17,916 nucleotides of DNA. It comes from Kiritimatiellia bacterium. GTDB lineage: Bacteria > Verrucomicrobiota > Kiritimatiellia > RFP12 > UBA1067. Location of the stretch: contig JAVEYH010000068.1 in the NCBI GenBank assembly GCA_034003585.1, positions 1 through 17,916 of the forward strand. The letters run 5' to 3'. Of the stretch, positions 1 through 7,634 are shown piece after piece (position 1 is the first letter of the stretch; each line of letters begins with the position of its first letter). Under the pieces are notes generated by a model, which searched no databases, had not been told where the DNA came from, and worked only from the letters and a program-made list of their open reading frames with translations. The position numbers and the translations under genes were made by a program.

Positions 1-558
1 GGCCTGGCCGATCCGCTCCGCGCGGCCCGCGCGTATCCCTGCGAACTCAGCGGCGGGCAGCAGCAGCGCGTGATGCTGGCCATGGCGCTCGCGGCCCGGC
101 CGAAACTGCTGGTGGCGGACGAGCCGACCACCGCGCTGGACGTGACCACGCAGCGCCATGTACTCGACCTGATCGACACGCTCGCCGACGCCAGCGGCAT
201 GGCGGTCCTGCTGATCACCCACAATCTCGGGATCGTGGCCGGCCGCATGTCGCGGCTCCATGTCATGTACGCCGGCCAGATCATCGAGAGCGGACCCGTG
301 GCGCAAGTGCTGAACCGGCCCCGCCACCCTTACACCCGCGGGCTGCTCGCCGCGGTGCCGCTGCTGGACGCGCCCCGCGACGCGCCGTTGCGGGACATCC
401 CGGGCCGCGTGCCTTCGCCTGACGCCTGGCCGCCGGGCTGTGCTTTCGCGCCGCGCTGCCCCGAGGCCCTCGAAAGCTGTTCCGCGCACGCGCCCCCGGA
501 GACCGGAGATTCGACACACACCCGCCGCTGCTGGCTGGAGGAGGCCCCATGCTCTTAG
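1..558 (+). CDS. Oligopeptide/dipeptide ABC transporter ATP-binding protein (OppD/DppD-like), 5' end outside window
   Basis: Frame 1 translation from nt 1 contains the ABC signature LSGGQQQRV, Walker B LLVADEPTTALD and H-loop ITHNL. It also has the C-terminal HPYTRGLLAAVP motif characteristic of Opp/Dpp ATPase C-terminal domains. The stop (TAG 556-558) overlaps the ATG of the next ATPase by 10 nt. Confidence 0.85.
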   Translation, partial: GLADPLRAARAYPCELSGGQQQRVMLAMALAARPKLLVADEPTTALDVTTQRHVLDLIDTLADASGMAVLLITHNLGIVAGRMSRLHVMYAGQIIESGPVAQVLNRPRHPYTRGLLAAVPLLDAPRDAPLRDIPGRVPSPDAWPPGCAFAPRCPEALESCSAHAPPETGDSTHTRRCWLEEAPCS

Positions 559-1340
559 ACGTGCGTGACCTCCACGTGATCTACCGCACGCCCGGCCGTC
601 CGCCCGTCGCGGCGGTACGCGGCGTTTCCTTCTCCCTCGACACCGGCGAATCGATGGGGCTGGTCGGCGAGAGCGGCTGCGGCAAGAGCTCGCTCGCGCG
701 CGCGCTGATCGGCATCCAGCCGCCCGAAGCGGGCACGGTCCGTTTCGAGGGGCATGACCTCGCCCACCTCACGCCTACCGCGCTCGCGCGGTACCGGCGT
801 GCGGTCCAGATGATTTTCCAGGACGCGGCGGGCTCGCTCAATCCGCGCATGACCGTGCGGCAGACGCTGGAAGAGGTGCTGCGCGTCCACGCGATGCGGC
901 CCGCGGCCCGCATCCCCGGACGCATCCGCGAGCTGCTGGACCGCGTCGGGTTGCCGGAGACCGTGCTGGATGCCTTCCCGCGCGAGATCAGCGGCGGCCA
1001 GTGCCAGCGCGTCAGCTTCGCGCGCTGCCTCGCGCTCGAACCGCGCCTGATCCTCGCCGACGAACCGGTCAGCGCGCTGGACGTCTCGGTGCAGGCGCGC
1101 ATCCTGAATCTGGTGCGGGCGCTGCAGAAAGAGCTGAATCTGGCGATCATCCTGGTCTCGCACGATCTGGCCGTGGTGCGCAACATCTGCGACCGCGTGG
1201 CGGTCATGCGCGCCAGCGAGTTCGTCGAATGCGGCACCGCATCCGAGGTGCTCGACACGCCGCAACACCCTTACACCCGTGAACTGCTGGCCGCCGTACC
1301 CGACATCGCCCGTTCCCTACGGCGTACAGGTCCGGCATGA
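549..1340 (+). CDS. Oligopeptide/dipeptide ABC transporter ATP-binding protein (OppF/DppF-like)
   Basis: Walker A GESGCGKSS, signature ISGGQCQRVSFARCL, Walker B LILADEPVSALD, H-loop SHDL and C-terminal HPYTRELLAAVP. The start is translationally coupled to the upstream ATPase. Confidence 0.9.
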   Translation: MLLDVRDLHVIYRTPGRPPVAAVRGVSFSLDTGESMGLVGESGCGKSSLARALIGIQPPEAGTVRFEGHDLAHLTPTALARYRRAVQMIFQDAAGSLNPRMTVRQTLEEVLRVHAMRPAARIPGRIRELLDRVGLPETVLDAFPREISGGQCQRVSFARCLALEPRLILADEPVSALDVSVQARILNLVRALQKELNLAIILVSHDLAVVRNICDRVAVMRASEFVECGTASEVLDTPQHPYTRELLAAVPDIARSLRRTGPA

Positions 1341-1386
1341 CCAGCCGCCAACCCTTCTGGGGACAGACCCTTCTGACAAGAATGGC

Positions 1387-1395
1387 TGGTATAAT
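1387..1395 (+). promoter_or_regulatory. Extended -10 element TGgTATAAT inside an AT-rich patch. Candidate promoter of unknown target.
   Basis: A perfect TGnTATAAT (1387-1395) sits in a locally AT-rich stretch (1375-1412) of an otherwise 70% GC sequence. There is no convincing -35. Reading downstream on + runs into the 18-bp palindrome and the 3' end of the transposase gene in antisense. Confidence 0.25.
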
Positions 1396-1505
1396 CGGTT
1401 CTTATTGACTGGTGGAGGACGAAACAAGGGCGGAATGGCGTTTGCGGCGGATGGATCGGCAAGCCAAGGAGGCTGTTGCGGCGGTTTCCGGCCGTATGAG
1501 CGAAA

Positions 1506-1523
1506 GCGTCCGCATGCGGACGC
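1506..1523. repeat. Perfect 18-bp palindrome GCGTCCGCATGCGGACGC between the ABC operon and the transposase 3' end
   Basis: Read directly: positions 1506-1523 are self-complementary. Candidates are a bidirectional terminator-like hairpin for the convergent genes or a subterminal hairpin (right end) of the IS200-like element. Confidence 0.5.
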
Positions 1524-1573
1524 GGCTGCGCGTTCGCACCTCTGCCAAGCGGCGGGAACCTGCGGTCCCGTGA

Positions 1574-2572
1574 CTAGGCGCGGGAAGGGACGCTGACCGG
1601 ATCGCGCCGGAGGTCGCGGGCCACGCGGAAACCCTCTTCGCGACAGAACCGGATTTTCCGCGCGCCGATCCTGCGCCGAGATCCGAAATGTGCCCGGTTG
1701 CGCTCGAAGACGCCCTCCACAAAAGCGGCACTCCCGAATGCGACCCCGTCGCGGAAGTAGCGCACGCGACAGCGCAGCCAATCCGCCAGCGGCATGCGCC
1801 CGCCGCGGTTGATCACCGCCTGCGCTTCCGCGGACGAGAATCCGCCTCGGCCGTCCGCGCCACGCGCGCAAAGCAGCGCGCGATGGGCCGCGCCGGCCGC
1901 GGACCAGTCCAGTCTCCCGGGCGTCAGGTACGCGGCGTGGACGGCGATCAGGCCTTGTTGCGCGGCGACCGAACCGCCGTACGCTTCGCCGTAGCCGCTC
2001 CAACGGTATTCCGAGGGGTCGGAAACCATCCCCGCACGGACCGGGTTGAGGTCGACGTAGGCCGCGACCGCCGCGAGCGCGCGGCCCCGGCCCTCTACCA
2101 GGACGCTGGCGTAGCGCCCCTCCCAAAGCGTTCCGGTCCGCCTGTGCCGCCGGTTGTAGGACTGCGTATAGCGCTGCTTGAGCAGTTTCATGAAGGGGCT
2201 GATGTCGCCCATGCGTCCCCGCAGACGCTCCCGCTCACGTTCCGCCAACGCGCCAACCCCGTCCTGTGCCCAGGCATCCCAGCGTTCCCGGAGATTCTCC
2301 GCCTCCGCCGCGCCATAGAGCGCCGCCACCCGGCGGAGCAGCTCGGCGTCGTCCAGGGCGGGCTGTTCCGGCACCTCGACGAGCAGGTGAAAATGGTTGG
2401 AAAGGATCGCGTAGGTGAACACGCTGACCCCCGAGAAGGCCGCGGCCCGGCGCAGGATGTCACGGAAGCGCTCGCGCTCGCCCGCGTCCATCCTGAACGC
2501 CCGGTCCACGATCCGGCTTGTGATGTGGTAACATCCGGTGTTGTGTGGCCCCTTGATTCTCGCGCGACGCAT
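1574..2572 (-). CDS. Y1 (HUH) tyrosine transposase, IS200/IS605-like / COG1943 'transposase and inactivated derivatives' (long 332-aa form, possibly REP-associated RAYT-like)
   Basis: The HUH motif is in ...ILSNHFHLLVEVPE. The catalytic-Tyr helix YVDLNPVRAGMVSDPSEYRWSGY resembles the Y...NPVRAGLV..P.eY.wSS signature of this family. An AAGGGGA Shine-Dalgarno lies 7 nt upstream of ATG 2572. The C-terminal extension is Arg-rich. Confidence 0.8.
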   Translation of the reverse strand: MRRARIKGPHNTGCYHITSRIVDRAFRMDAGERERFRDILRRAAAFSGVSVFTYAILSNHFHLLVEVPEQPALDDAELLRRVAALYGAAEAENLRERWDAWAQDGVGALAERERERLRGRMGDISPFMKLLKQRYTQSYNRRHRRTGTLWEGRYASVLVEGRGRALAAVAAYVDLNPVRAGMVSDPSEYRWSGYGEAYGGSVAAQQGLIAVHAAYLTPGRLDWSAAGAAHRALLCARGADGRGGFSSAEAQAVINRGGRMPLADWLRCRVRYFRDGVAFGSAAFVEGVFERNRAHFGSRRRIGARKIRFCREEGFRVARDLRRDPVSVPSRA

Positions 2573-2654
2573 ACTCCGTCCCCTTTCTCGTTGATGAGTG
2601 GTCTGTCCCCCGTTTTAGGAGATGACACAGAGTAGCGCATGCGGCGGCGAAACG

Positions 2655-2673
2655 TGTCGCCTGTCAGGCGACA
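2655..2673. repeat. Perfect inverted repeat TGTCGCCTG-t-CAGGCGACA followed by TTTTC
   Basis: Read directly. It lies in the divergent region between the transposase start (2572) and the maf start (2729). Candidates are a left-end hairpin of the IS200-like element or an operator in the maf promoter. Confidence 0.5.
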
Positions 2674-2728
2674 TTTTCAACCCGATATCTATTGGTTTGG
2701 CTGGGGCTTATCGGGTAATCTATCCGCC

Positions 2729-3295
2729 ATGTTGATTCCCCTCATCCTCGGTTCCGCCTCACCGCGCCGCCAGAAAATTTTGCGGCGCATCGGGTGTGCC
2801 TTCACGGTTTCGGCCGCCGACACCAAAGAGATCCACGATGCCGCGGATCCGATCCGCACGGTGACCTTCAACGCGATGGAGAAATACCGCGTCTGCCGGC
2901 TGCGCCACCCCGGCGCCGCCCTCATCACCGCGGACACGCTGGTCTGGTTCGAAGGGTGCCTCATCGGCAAGCCGGCCGACCTCGACGAGGCCGCCTCGTT
3001 CTTGCGCTCCTTTTCCGGCCGCACACAGATCGTTTACACCGGTGTGGCGCTCGGCCTTCCCGGCCAGGAGCCAGAACTGCGCGTCGAGGCCTCTTCCGTG
3101 CGTTTCCGGCGGCTGACCTCCGCGGTGATCGCCGACTACCTGCGCCGGACACGGCCGCTTGACCGCGCGGGAGCCTATGACATCGACGAGAACGGCGATC
3201 TGCTCATCGCCGGGACCAGCGGCTCGTACACGAACGTGATGGGGCTGCCGGAGGAGCCGGTGCGCGACTGGCTCCGTGCTCACAGGCTCATGTGA
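2729..3295 (+). CDS. maf: Maf-like nucleoside triphosphate pyrophosphatase (septum formation protein Maf family)
   Basis: N-terminus MLIPLILGSASPRRQKIL (Maf hallmark), and later ...YTGVALG... and AGAYDIDENGDLLIAGTSGSYTNVMGLP. I take the ATG at 2729 as start rather than the 2639 extension, because the Maf homology begins there. Confidence 0.8.
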   Translation: MLIPLILGSASPRRQKILRRIGCAFTVSAADTKEIHDAADPIRTVTFNAMEKYRVCRLRHPGAALITADTLVWFEGCLIGKPADLDEAASFLRSFSGRTQIVYTGVALGLPGQEPELRVEASSVRFRRLTSAVIADYLRRTRPLDRAGAYDIDENGDLLIAGTSGSYTNVMGLPEEPVRDWLRAHRLM

Positions 3296-3662
3296 CCGCG
3301 ATGGCCTCGATCTCGACCTTGGCGCATTTCGGCAGGCGCGTCACCTGTACCGTGGAGCGTGCCGGGGTGTGGCTGCCGAACATCTCGCCATAGACCTTGT
3401 TCACGGCCGGAAAGTCCCCCATGTCGGTCAGGAACACCGTGGTCTTGACCACCTTGCCGAGTCCCGATCCCGCGGCCTCCAAGACGGCCCTCAGGTTTAG
3501 CAGCACCCGCATGGTCTGTTCCGCGGCCCCGGCCATCTCGATCGCGCCCGAGGCGGGATTGATCGCCAGTTGCCCCGAACAGAACAGGAACCCGTTGGCT
3601 TCCACCGCCTGCGCATAGGGCCCGATCGCCGCCGGAGCCGTTTCGGTGCTGATCTTTCTCAT
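3288..3662 (-). CDS. ridA: RidA/YjgF/TdcF family reactive-intermediate (enamine/imine) deaminase
   Basis: MRKISTETAPAAIGPYAQAVEANGFLFCSGQ...VKTTVFLTDMGDFPAVNKVYGEMF... is a typical RidA fold sequence. A GGGAGGGAGGAG Shine-Dalgarno lies directly upstream of ATG 3662. The 3' end overlaps the maf 3' end by 8 nt (convergent). Confidence 0.85.
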   Translation of the reverse strand: MRKISTETAPAAIGPYAQAVEANGFLFCSGQLAINPASGAIEMAGAAEQTMRVLLNLRAVLEAAGSGLGKVVKTTVFLTDMGDFPAVNKVYGEMFGSHTPARSTVQVTRLPKCAKVEIEAIAVT

Positions 3663-3689
3663 CGCTCCTCCCTCCCTTGTCACGTTCCT

Positions 3690-5621
3690 TTACGGTGCGG
3701 TCACGCCCAGCCGCAGCACCGGCAGGATCTCCTGGTGCAGCGTGGTGTCGAGATCGAAAAACAGATACCCCGGAAACCCGGCGCGGCGCACCGCCCGGAT
3801 CTGATCGACCACCTGCGCGGCGTCGAGCCGGCTCTCCGCCGCGGTGACGCCGATGCCGGGCAGCACGCGCATCGCCTGTTTGCGCAGGCGCGACTGGTGC
3901 GACAGCCACTCGTTGAAACGGGAGAGATCCTCGGTGTAGTTCATCGGCATGACATAATCCGTCAGCCCGATATTGACCCACGACTCCCAATCCTGGCCCA
4001 CCGCGTCGAGGCAGGAGGGGTACTTGCCGAAGACCGCCGCGGTCAGGAGCTTGCCCGGCGCGTCGCGCCGGAGCGTCCGCCGCGACGCCTGCACCAGATC
4101 CGTGACCCGATCCGCGCGCCACCGGATGAAGGACGCGCGCAACGCGCCGCTCTTCACATCCTCGGGCCAGTCCGCGGCGCTCCGTCCCGTGGCCTTCTCA
4201 AAACGGGTCCGGACGGTCGGCCCCAAACTCGACGCGTAGTCCGGATAGCGCACGAAATCCAGATGCACGCCGTCGGTTTTGTATGCCGTGGCCATCTCCC
4301 GCACGGCCCGGAGCAGGTATTCGCGCACCTCGGGCACGGCCGGATCGAGCCAGGGGCGCGGTGAACCGTCGGAATGGGTCAACAACCAGCCCCGTTTGCC
4401 GAAAATCCCGATCCGATCCTCCGTGGCCCCCTCGGTCGAGAAACAGAGCAGCCAGGCATGGACCCGCAGCCCCAGCGGTTTGGCTGCGGCCAGACATGCG
4501 GCCAACTGGTCACCCTGCTCATCGAACACGCGCGAGCGCGGCAGCACCCCGCTGGCGTAATGCGCGAACCCCGCGCCCGCCACATTCACGAAGAGATCGG
4601 AAATCCCCGCATTTTTGAGCAGACGGCAGGTCCGGTTCCAATCCCCGGGATAGAGCCCCATCCCGGAGTGTTCCCACACGCCGCGGATCTCGCCTTTACG
4701 CACAGGCTGCGCCGCGCCGTACGCCTCGTACATCCGGGCCCGCAGCTCCTGCGCCGCCAGCCACGCCTCATACCCTTTGCCCGCGGCCAGCGCGCGCGCG
4801 GCCTCCCCCTCGCTGCGAAGCGCGCCCCGGGCCGCGGACAGGGCCCGCGCGCGGCGGGCCGGGTCCGGAAGCCGCTCGGCGTTCACCCGCAGGCCTTCGG
4901 CACCCCCCGCCCCGCCGATTCCCCGCGCCCGCTCCAGCACGCGCGCGGCGGCGGGCCGCCAGAGCGACGGCTCCCGCGCGGCCGCCAGGGCCAGAAGCAG
5001 ACGCCCCTTGGCGTCCGCGTCGCCGTCGGCCAGCAGCACATGGGTCATCCAGTATCCGTTCGGTGACATCAGCCAGGCGGCCTCCTCGGTCTGCCGGCCC
5101 TGGCGGTCGTGCCACCACGCCAGCACCTGCGAACGGCCGGCCACAGGCCGGACCCGGAAAAGATTTTTGGAGGTCTGGAGGATCCGTTCCGGCGCGCCGG
5201 GCGGCCGCTGCGCGGAAAAGCGCATCGAGGACCAGCGGCCGTCGGTCGAACCCTTCTGATACCCCACGGTCTCCATACCCAGGAGGGCCGCGAGTTCCGC
5301 CGAGGAGGAGTAACAGACGATCATGTTGCCGCCGCGCCCCGCAAAAGCCTTCAGCGCTGCGAGCTGCGCGGCATCCGGCTGCGCCAGATAGACCAGCACC
5401 GCGACGCGGGCGGTCGCGAGGAAACGGGGCAGATCCCGGTCATCGGCCAGTTCCGCCTCCACGCCGGCCTCACGGTACCAGCGCTCCACATGCCGCGCGA
5501 GGGATGCCGCGAACCGGCGCTCCCCCTCGCTGACGGATTGGTGACCGTGGATCACCGCCACCGGCGCGGCCCCGGCCGTCAGGGCGGCCATCACCATCCA
5601 CATCGTCAGCCGTCGTGTCAT
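3690..5621 (-). CDS. Secreted glycoside hydrolase-like family 10 (GHL10/DUF187, YngK/YddW-DigH-like) TIM-barrel protein
   Basis: Signal-peptide-like N-terminus MTRRLTMWMVMAALTAGAAPVAV, preceded by a G-rich RBS (GGGGGGGCGG). GHL10 hallmarks are present: RGVWEHSGMGLYPGDW, GLRVHAWL and DGVHLDFVRYPDY. The 839-aa ORF in the track is a 5' over-extension into hisD. Confidence 0.7.
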   Translation of the reverse strand: MTRRLTMWMVMAALTAGAAPVAVIHGHQSVSEGERRFAASLARHVERWYREAGVEAELADDRDLPRFLATARVAVLVYLAQPDAAQLAALKAFAGRGGNMIVCYSSSAELAALLGMETVGYQKGSTDGRWSSMRFSAQRPPGAPERILQTSKNLFRVRPVAGRSQVLAWWHDRQGRQTEEAAWLMSPNGYWMTHVLLADGDADAKGRLLLALAAAREPSLWRPAAARVLERARGIGGAGGAEGLRVNAERLPDPARRARALSAARGALRSEGEAARALAAGKGYEAWLAAQELRARMYEAYGAAQPVRKGEIRGVWEHSGMGLYPGDWNRTCRLLKNAGISDLFVNVAGAGFAHYASGVLPRSRVFDEQGDQLAACLAAAKPLGLRVHAWLLCFSTEGATEDRIGIFGKRGWLLTHSDGSPRPWLDPAVPEVREYLLRAVREMATAYKTDGVHLDFVRYPDYASSLGPTVRTRFEKATGRSAADWPEDVKSGALRASFIRWRADRVTDLVQASRRTLRRDAPGKLLTAAVFGKYPSCLDAVGQDWESWVNIGLTDYVMPMNYTEDLSRFNEWLSHQSRLRKQAMRVLPGIGVTAAESRLDAAQVVDQIRAVRRAGFPGYLFFDLDTTLHQEILPVLRLGVTAP

Positions 5622-5653
5622 CCGCCCCCCCAGGCCATCCTTCCGCGCGGCGT

Positions 5654-6961
5654 TCAGCGCCGTTCCCCGAAACGGATTTGGGCGGACCGCCCGTGCGCGT
5701 CCAAGCCCTCGACCTCCGCAAACGTCTCGATCGTGCGGCGCGTCTCGGTCAGGTCCTCCCGCGTGAACTCGACAAAGCTGTGCCGCCGCCGGAAATCCTC
5801 CGCCGTGAGCCCGTTGAACATGCGCGCCGCGCCGCCCGTGGGCAGCACGTGGCTCGGGCCGGCCACGAAATCGCCGGCCGCCTCCGGAGTCCAGGGCCCG
5901 ACGAAAACCGCGCCGGACGCACGCACCTGGTTCAGCCGCAGCCTCGCGTCGCGCGTCATGATCTCGAAATGCTCCGGCGCGAAGCGGTTCACCAGTTCCA
6001 TGCCCTGATCCAGATCCGGCACCACCACCATCAGGATCCCGCCGCAGGCGAGCACGCGCTCGACACAGGCGGCGCGGGAGAGGTGCCGCATCTGCGCCGT
6101 GAGCGCGTCGCGCGCCGCCCGCGCCAAGGCGGGCGAATCGGTCACCAGCAGCGCCTTCTCGTGCCCGCTGCCGTGCTCGGCCTGGGACAGCAGATCCGCG
6201 GCGACCCATTCGGGCGCGGCGGAGTCATCCGCGAGGATCGCGATTTCACTCGGTCCCGCCACCTGGTCGAGGGCCACGATGCCGTACACCTGCCGTTTCG
6301 CCGCGGTCACATACGCGTTGCCGGGGCCGACGATCTTCTGCACCGGCCGGACCGTGGCGGTGCCGAAAGCCATCAGGCCGATCGACTGGATCCCGCCCAC
6401 CCGGTAGACCTCGGTGGCGCCCGCGACCCGGAGGGCGTGGAGCAGCACAGGGTTGACCCGTTTGTCACGGCCGCACGGCGTGCAGGCCACGATCTCCCGC
6501 ACGCCGGCCGCGCGGGCCAGCGTGACGGTCATCACCGCCGTGGAGGCGAGCGGCGCGGTGCCGCCCGGCACATAGACGCCGACGCGGTCCATGGGCGAAA
6601 AAAACTCGCCCGTGAAGCCGCCGCGCGGCAACGGCATGTGCCACGCCTCGCGCAGACCCGCCTCGGCATACCGCCGGACCCGCGCATGGGCGTCGTTCAC
6701 CGCGCGCCGGACCCGCGCGGGCACCTCGCGGGTTGCGGCCTGGAGTTCCGCGCCCGTCACGCGCATCTCGGAAATCCGGAGCGCGGCGCCGTCAAAGCGT
6801 TTGGCCGCGGCCAGCACGGCCCGGTCGCCGCGCGCGCGCACCTCCGCCAGCACTGCGGCGGCCGCGGCCTCCGCCTCCGGGGAGAAGGCCGGACGCGCGA
6901 GGAACCGCTCGACCTTGGGCGCCGGACGGGTCAGGGACCATTGGGCTATCGTCGCACGCAT
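5654..6961 (-). CDS. hisD: Histidinol dehydrogenase
   Basis: Full-length 435 aa with the conserved HisD blocks: GIQSIGLMAFGT, IVGPGNAYVTAAKRQVYG, DQVAGPSEI, SQAEHG, and GDFVAGPSHVLPTGGAARMFNGL. ATG at 6961. Confidence 0.9.
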   Translation of the reverse strand: MRATIAQWSLTRPAPKVERFLARPAFSPEAEAAAAAVLAEVRARGDRAVLAAAKRFDGAALRISEMRVTGAELQAATREVPARVRRAVNDAHARVRRYAEAGLREAWHMPLPRGGFTGEFFSPMDRVGVYVPGGTAPLASTAVMTVTLARAAGVREIVACTPCGRDKRVNPVLLHALRVAGATEVYRVGGIQSIGLMAFGTATVRPVQKIVGPGNAYVTAAKRQVYGIVALDQVAGPSEIAILADDSAAPEWVAADLLSQAEHGSGHEKALLVTDSPALARAARDALTAQMRHLSRAACVERVLACGGILMVVVPDLDQGMELVNRFAPEHFEIMTRDARLRLNQVRASGAVFVGPWTPEAAGDFVAGPSHVLPTGGAARMFNGLTAEDFRRRHSFVEFTREDLTETRRTIETFAEVEGLDAHGRSAQIRFGERR

Positions 6962-7002
6962 ACTCGGGCGTCCTCGCTCTCCGCCTCCCGCAACCGGCGG
7001 CC

Positions 7003-7593
7003 TCAGTGGCCGCCCGCGGGCTTCTTCTCCTCTTTCTTCTCGTCCTTCTTCGCGTCATCCTTGGCCGGCTCGCCGAACGTCATGCCGAAAGCGGGCACCG
7101 GACGTCCGAGTTTCTCGGCCATGCGCTTGCTGATCATGGCGAGCGCGTCCTCGAAAGTCTTCACGCGGTTGGCCTCCTTGGCGAGATCCTCATCCTTCAT
7201 CAGCTTTTTCTGCTTGGACTCTTTGTCCATCTCTTCCAACTGCTTCTCGCTGGCCCGCTCCTCCAGGCGCGACTTTTTGGCCTCGGCCTTTTCGCGGCTC
7301 TGAAAATCCGCCCCCATCTTTCTGGCGGTGCGCGGCTTGATCTTGCTTCCCGGGAAGGGGAGTTTGTTCTCCTTGTCGGCCTCCCACTGCTTCCTGCTCT
7401 CGGCCGCCGCAACCGCATACGCCGCCGTTTCCTCTTTGATCTCCTTCTGGAGCGCGGCGTACTCCTCGCGGTTCAGGATCTCAAAACCGGTCTGGCCGCG
7501 CATGTCCGTGATCTGAACCAGACTGACCGTCTCGGCGCGCGCGAGGCCCGCCGCCATCAGCACCGTTGCCATCCATATCAACCCGTTCCGCAT
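7003..7593 (-). CDS. Hypothetical secreted Lys/Glu-rich (coiled-coil / low-complexity) protein
   Basis: ATG 7593 is preceded by a strong AAGGAGGT Shine-Dalgarno at 6 nt spacing. N-terminus MRNGLIWMATVLMAAGLARA is signal-peptide-like. The body is highly charged, with KKDEKKEEKK at the C-terminus. I recognise no family. Confidence 0.6.
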   Translation of the reverse strand: MRNGLIWMATVLMAAGLARAETVSLVQITDMRGQTGFEILNREEYAALQKEIKEETAAYAVAAAESRKQWEADKENKLPFPGSKIKPRTARKMGADFQSREKAEAKKSRLEERASEKQLEEMDKESKQKKLMKDEDLAKEANRVKTFEDALAMISKRMAEKLGRPVPAFGMTFGEPAKDDAKKDEKKEEKKPAGGH

Positions 7594-7611
7594 CCGATAC
7601 CTCCTTTGCCC

Positions 7612-7628
7612 GCGGGCGAAAAACCCGC
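7612..7628. repeat. GC hairpin (GCGGG-cgaaaaa-CCCGC) overlapping the 10-bp palindrome GCCCGCGGGC, in the helicase / K-E-rich gene spacer
   Basis: Read directly. It sits immediately upstream of the Shine-Dalgarno of the 7003-7593 gene. It could be an RNA stability or attenuation element. Confidence 0.3.
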
Positions 7629-7634
7629 ACCCGA

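Larger units (their letters stand above)
1500..2680 (-). mobile_element. Putative IS200-like element or domesticated RAYT locus (transposase plus flanking hairpins)
   Basis: A single tnpA-like ORF is bracketed by a perfect palindrome downstream (1506-1523) and a 9-bp/1-nt/9-bp hairpin upstream (2655-2673). IS200/IS605 ends are defined by subterminal hairpins rather than inverted repeats. The boundaries are not verifiable without other copies. Confidence 0.35.

Noticed and set aside
1688-2635. 315-aa + strand ORF antisense to the transposase gene (and similar long antisense ORFs at 3280-4122 -, 3570-4364 +, 4374-5066 +, 5109-6008 +, 5615-7303 +, 6733-8199 +, 7566-9791 +, 12011-13111 +, 12699-13889 -, 14017-15597 +)
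   Set aside because: At about 70% GC, stop codons are rare in all frames. These products are Arg/Ala/Pro/Gly-rich with no recognisable motifs. Each lies entirely inside a motif-supported gene on the other strand or frame.
2639-2728. Upstream start for maf at 2639
   Set aside because: Maf homology (MLIPLILGSASPRRQKIL) begins exactly at the ATG at 2729. The extension overlaps the 2655-2673 hairpin.
5622-6209. 5' extension of the GHL10 ORF to 839 aa (start 6209)
   Set aside because: The extension overlaps the hisD 3' region in another frame and is Arg/Gly-rich junk. The signal-peptide Met at 5621 has a G-rich RBS and follows the hisD stop.
7003-7100. Apparent nucleotide tandem repeat (TTCTTCTC / CTTCTT units)
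   Set aside because: It is just the reverse complement of the codons for the KKDEKKEEKK low-complexity C-terminus of the secreted protein, not an independent repeat element.
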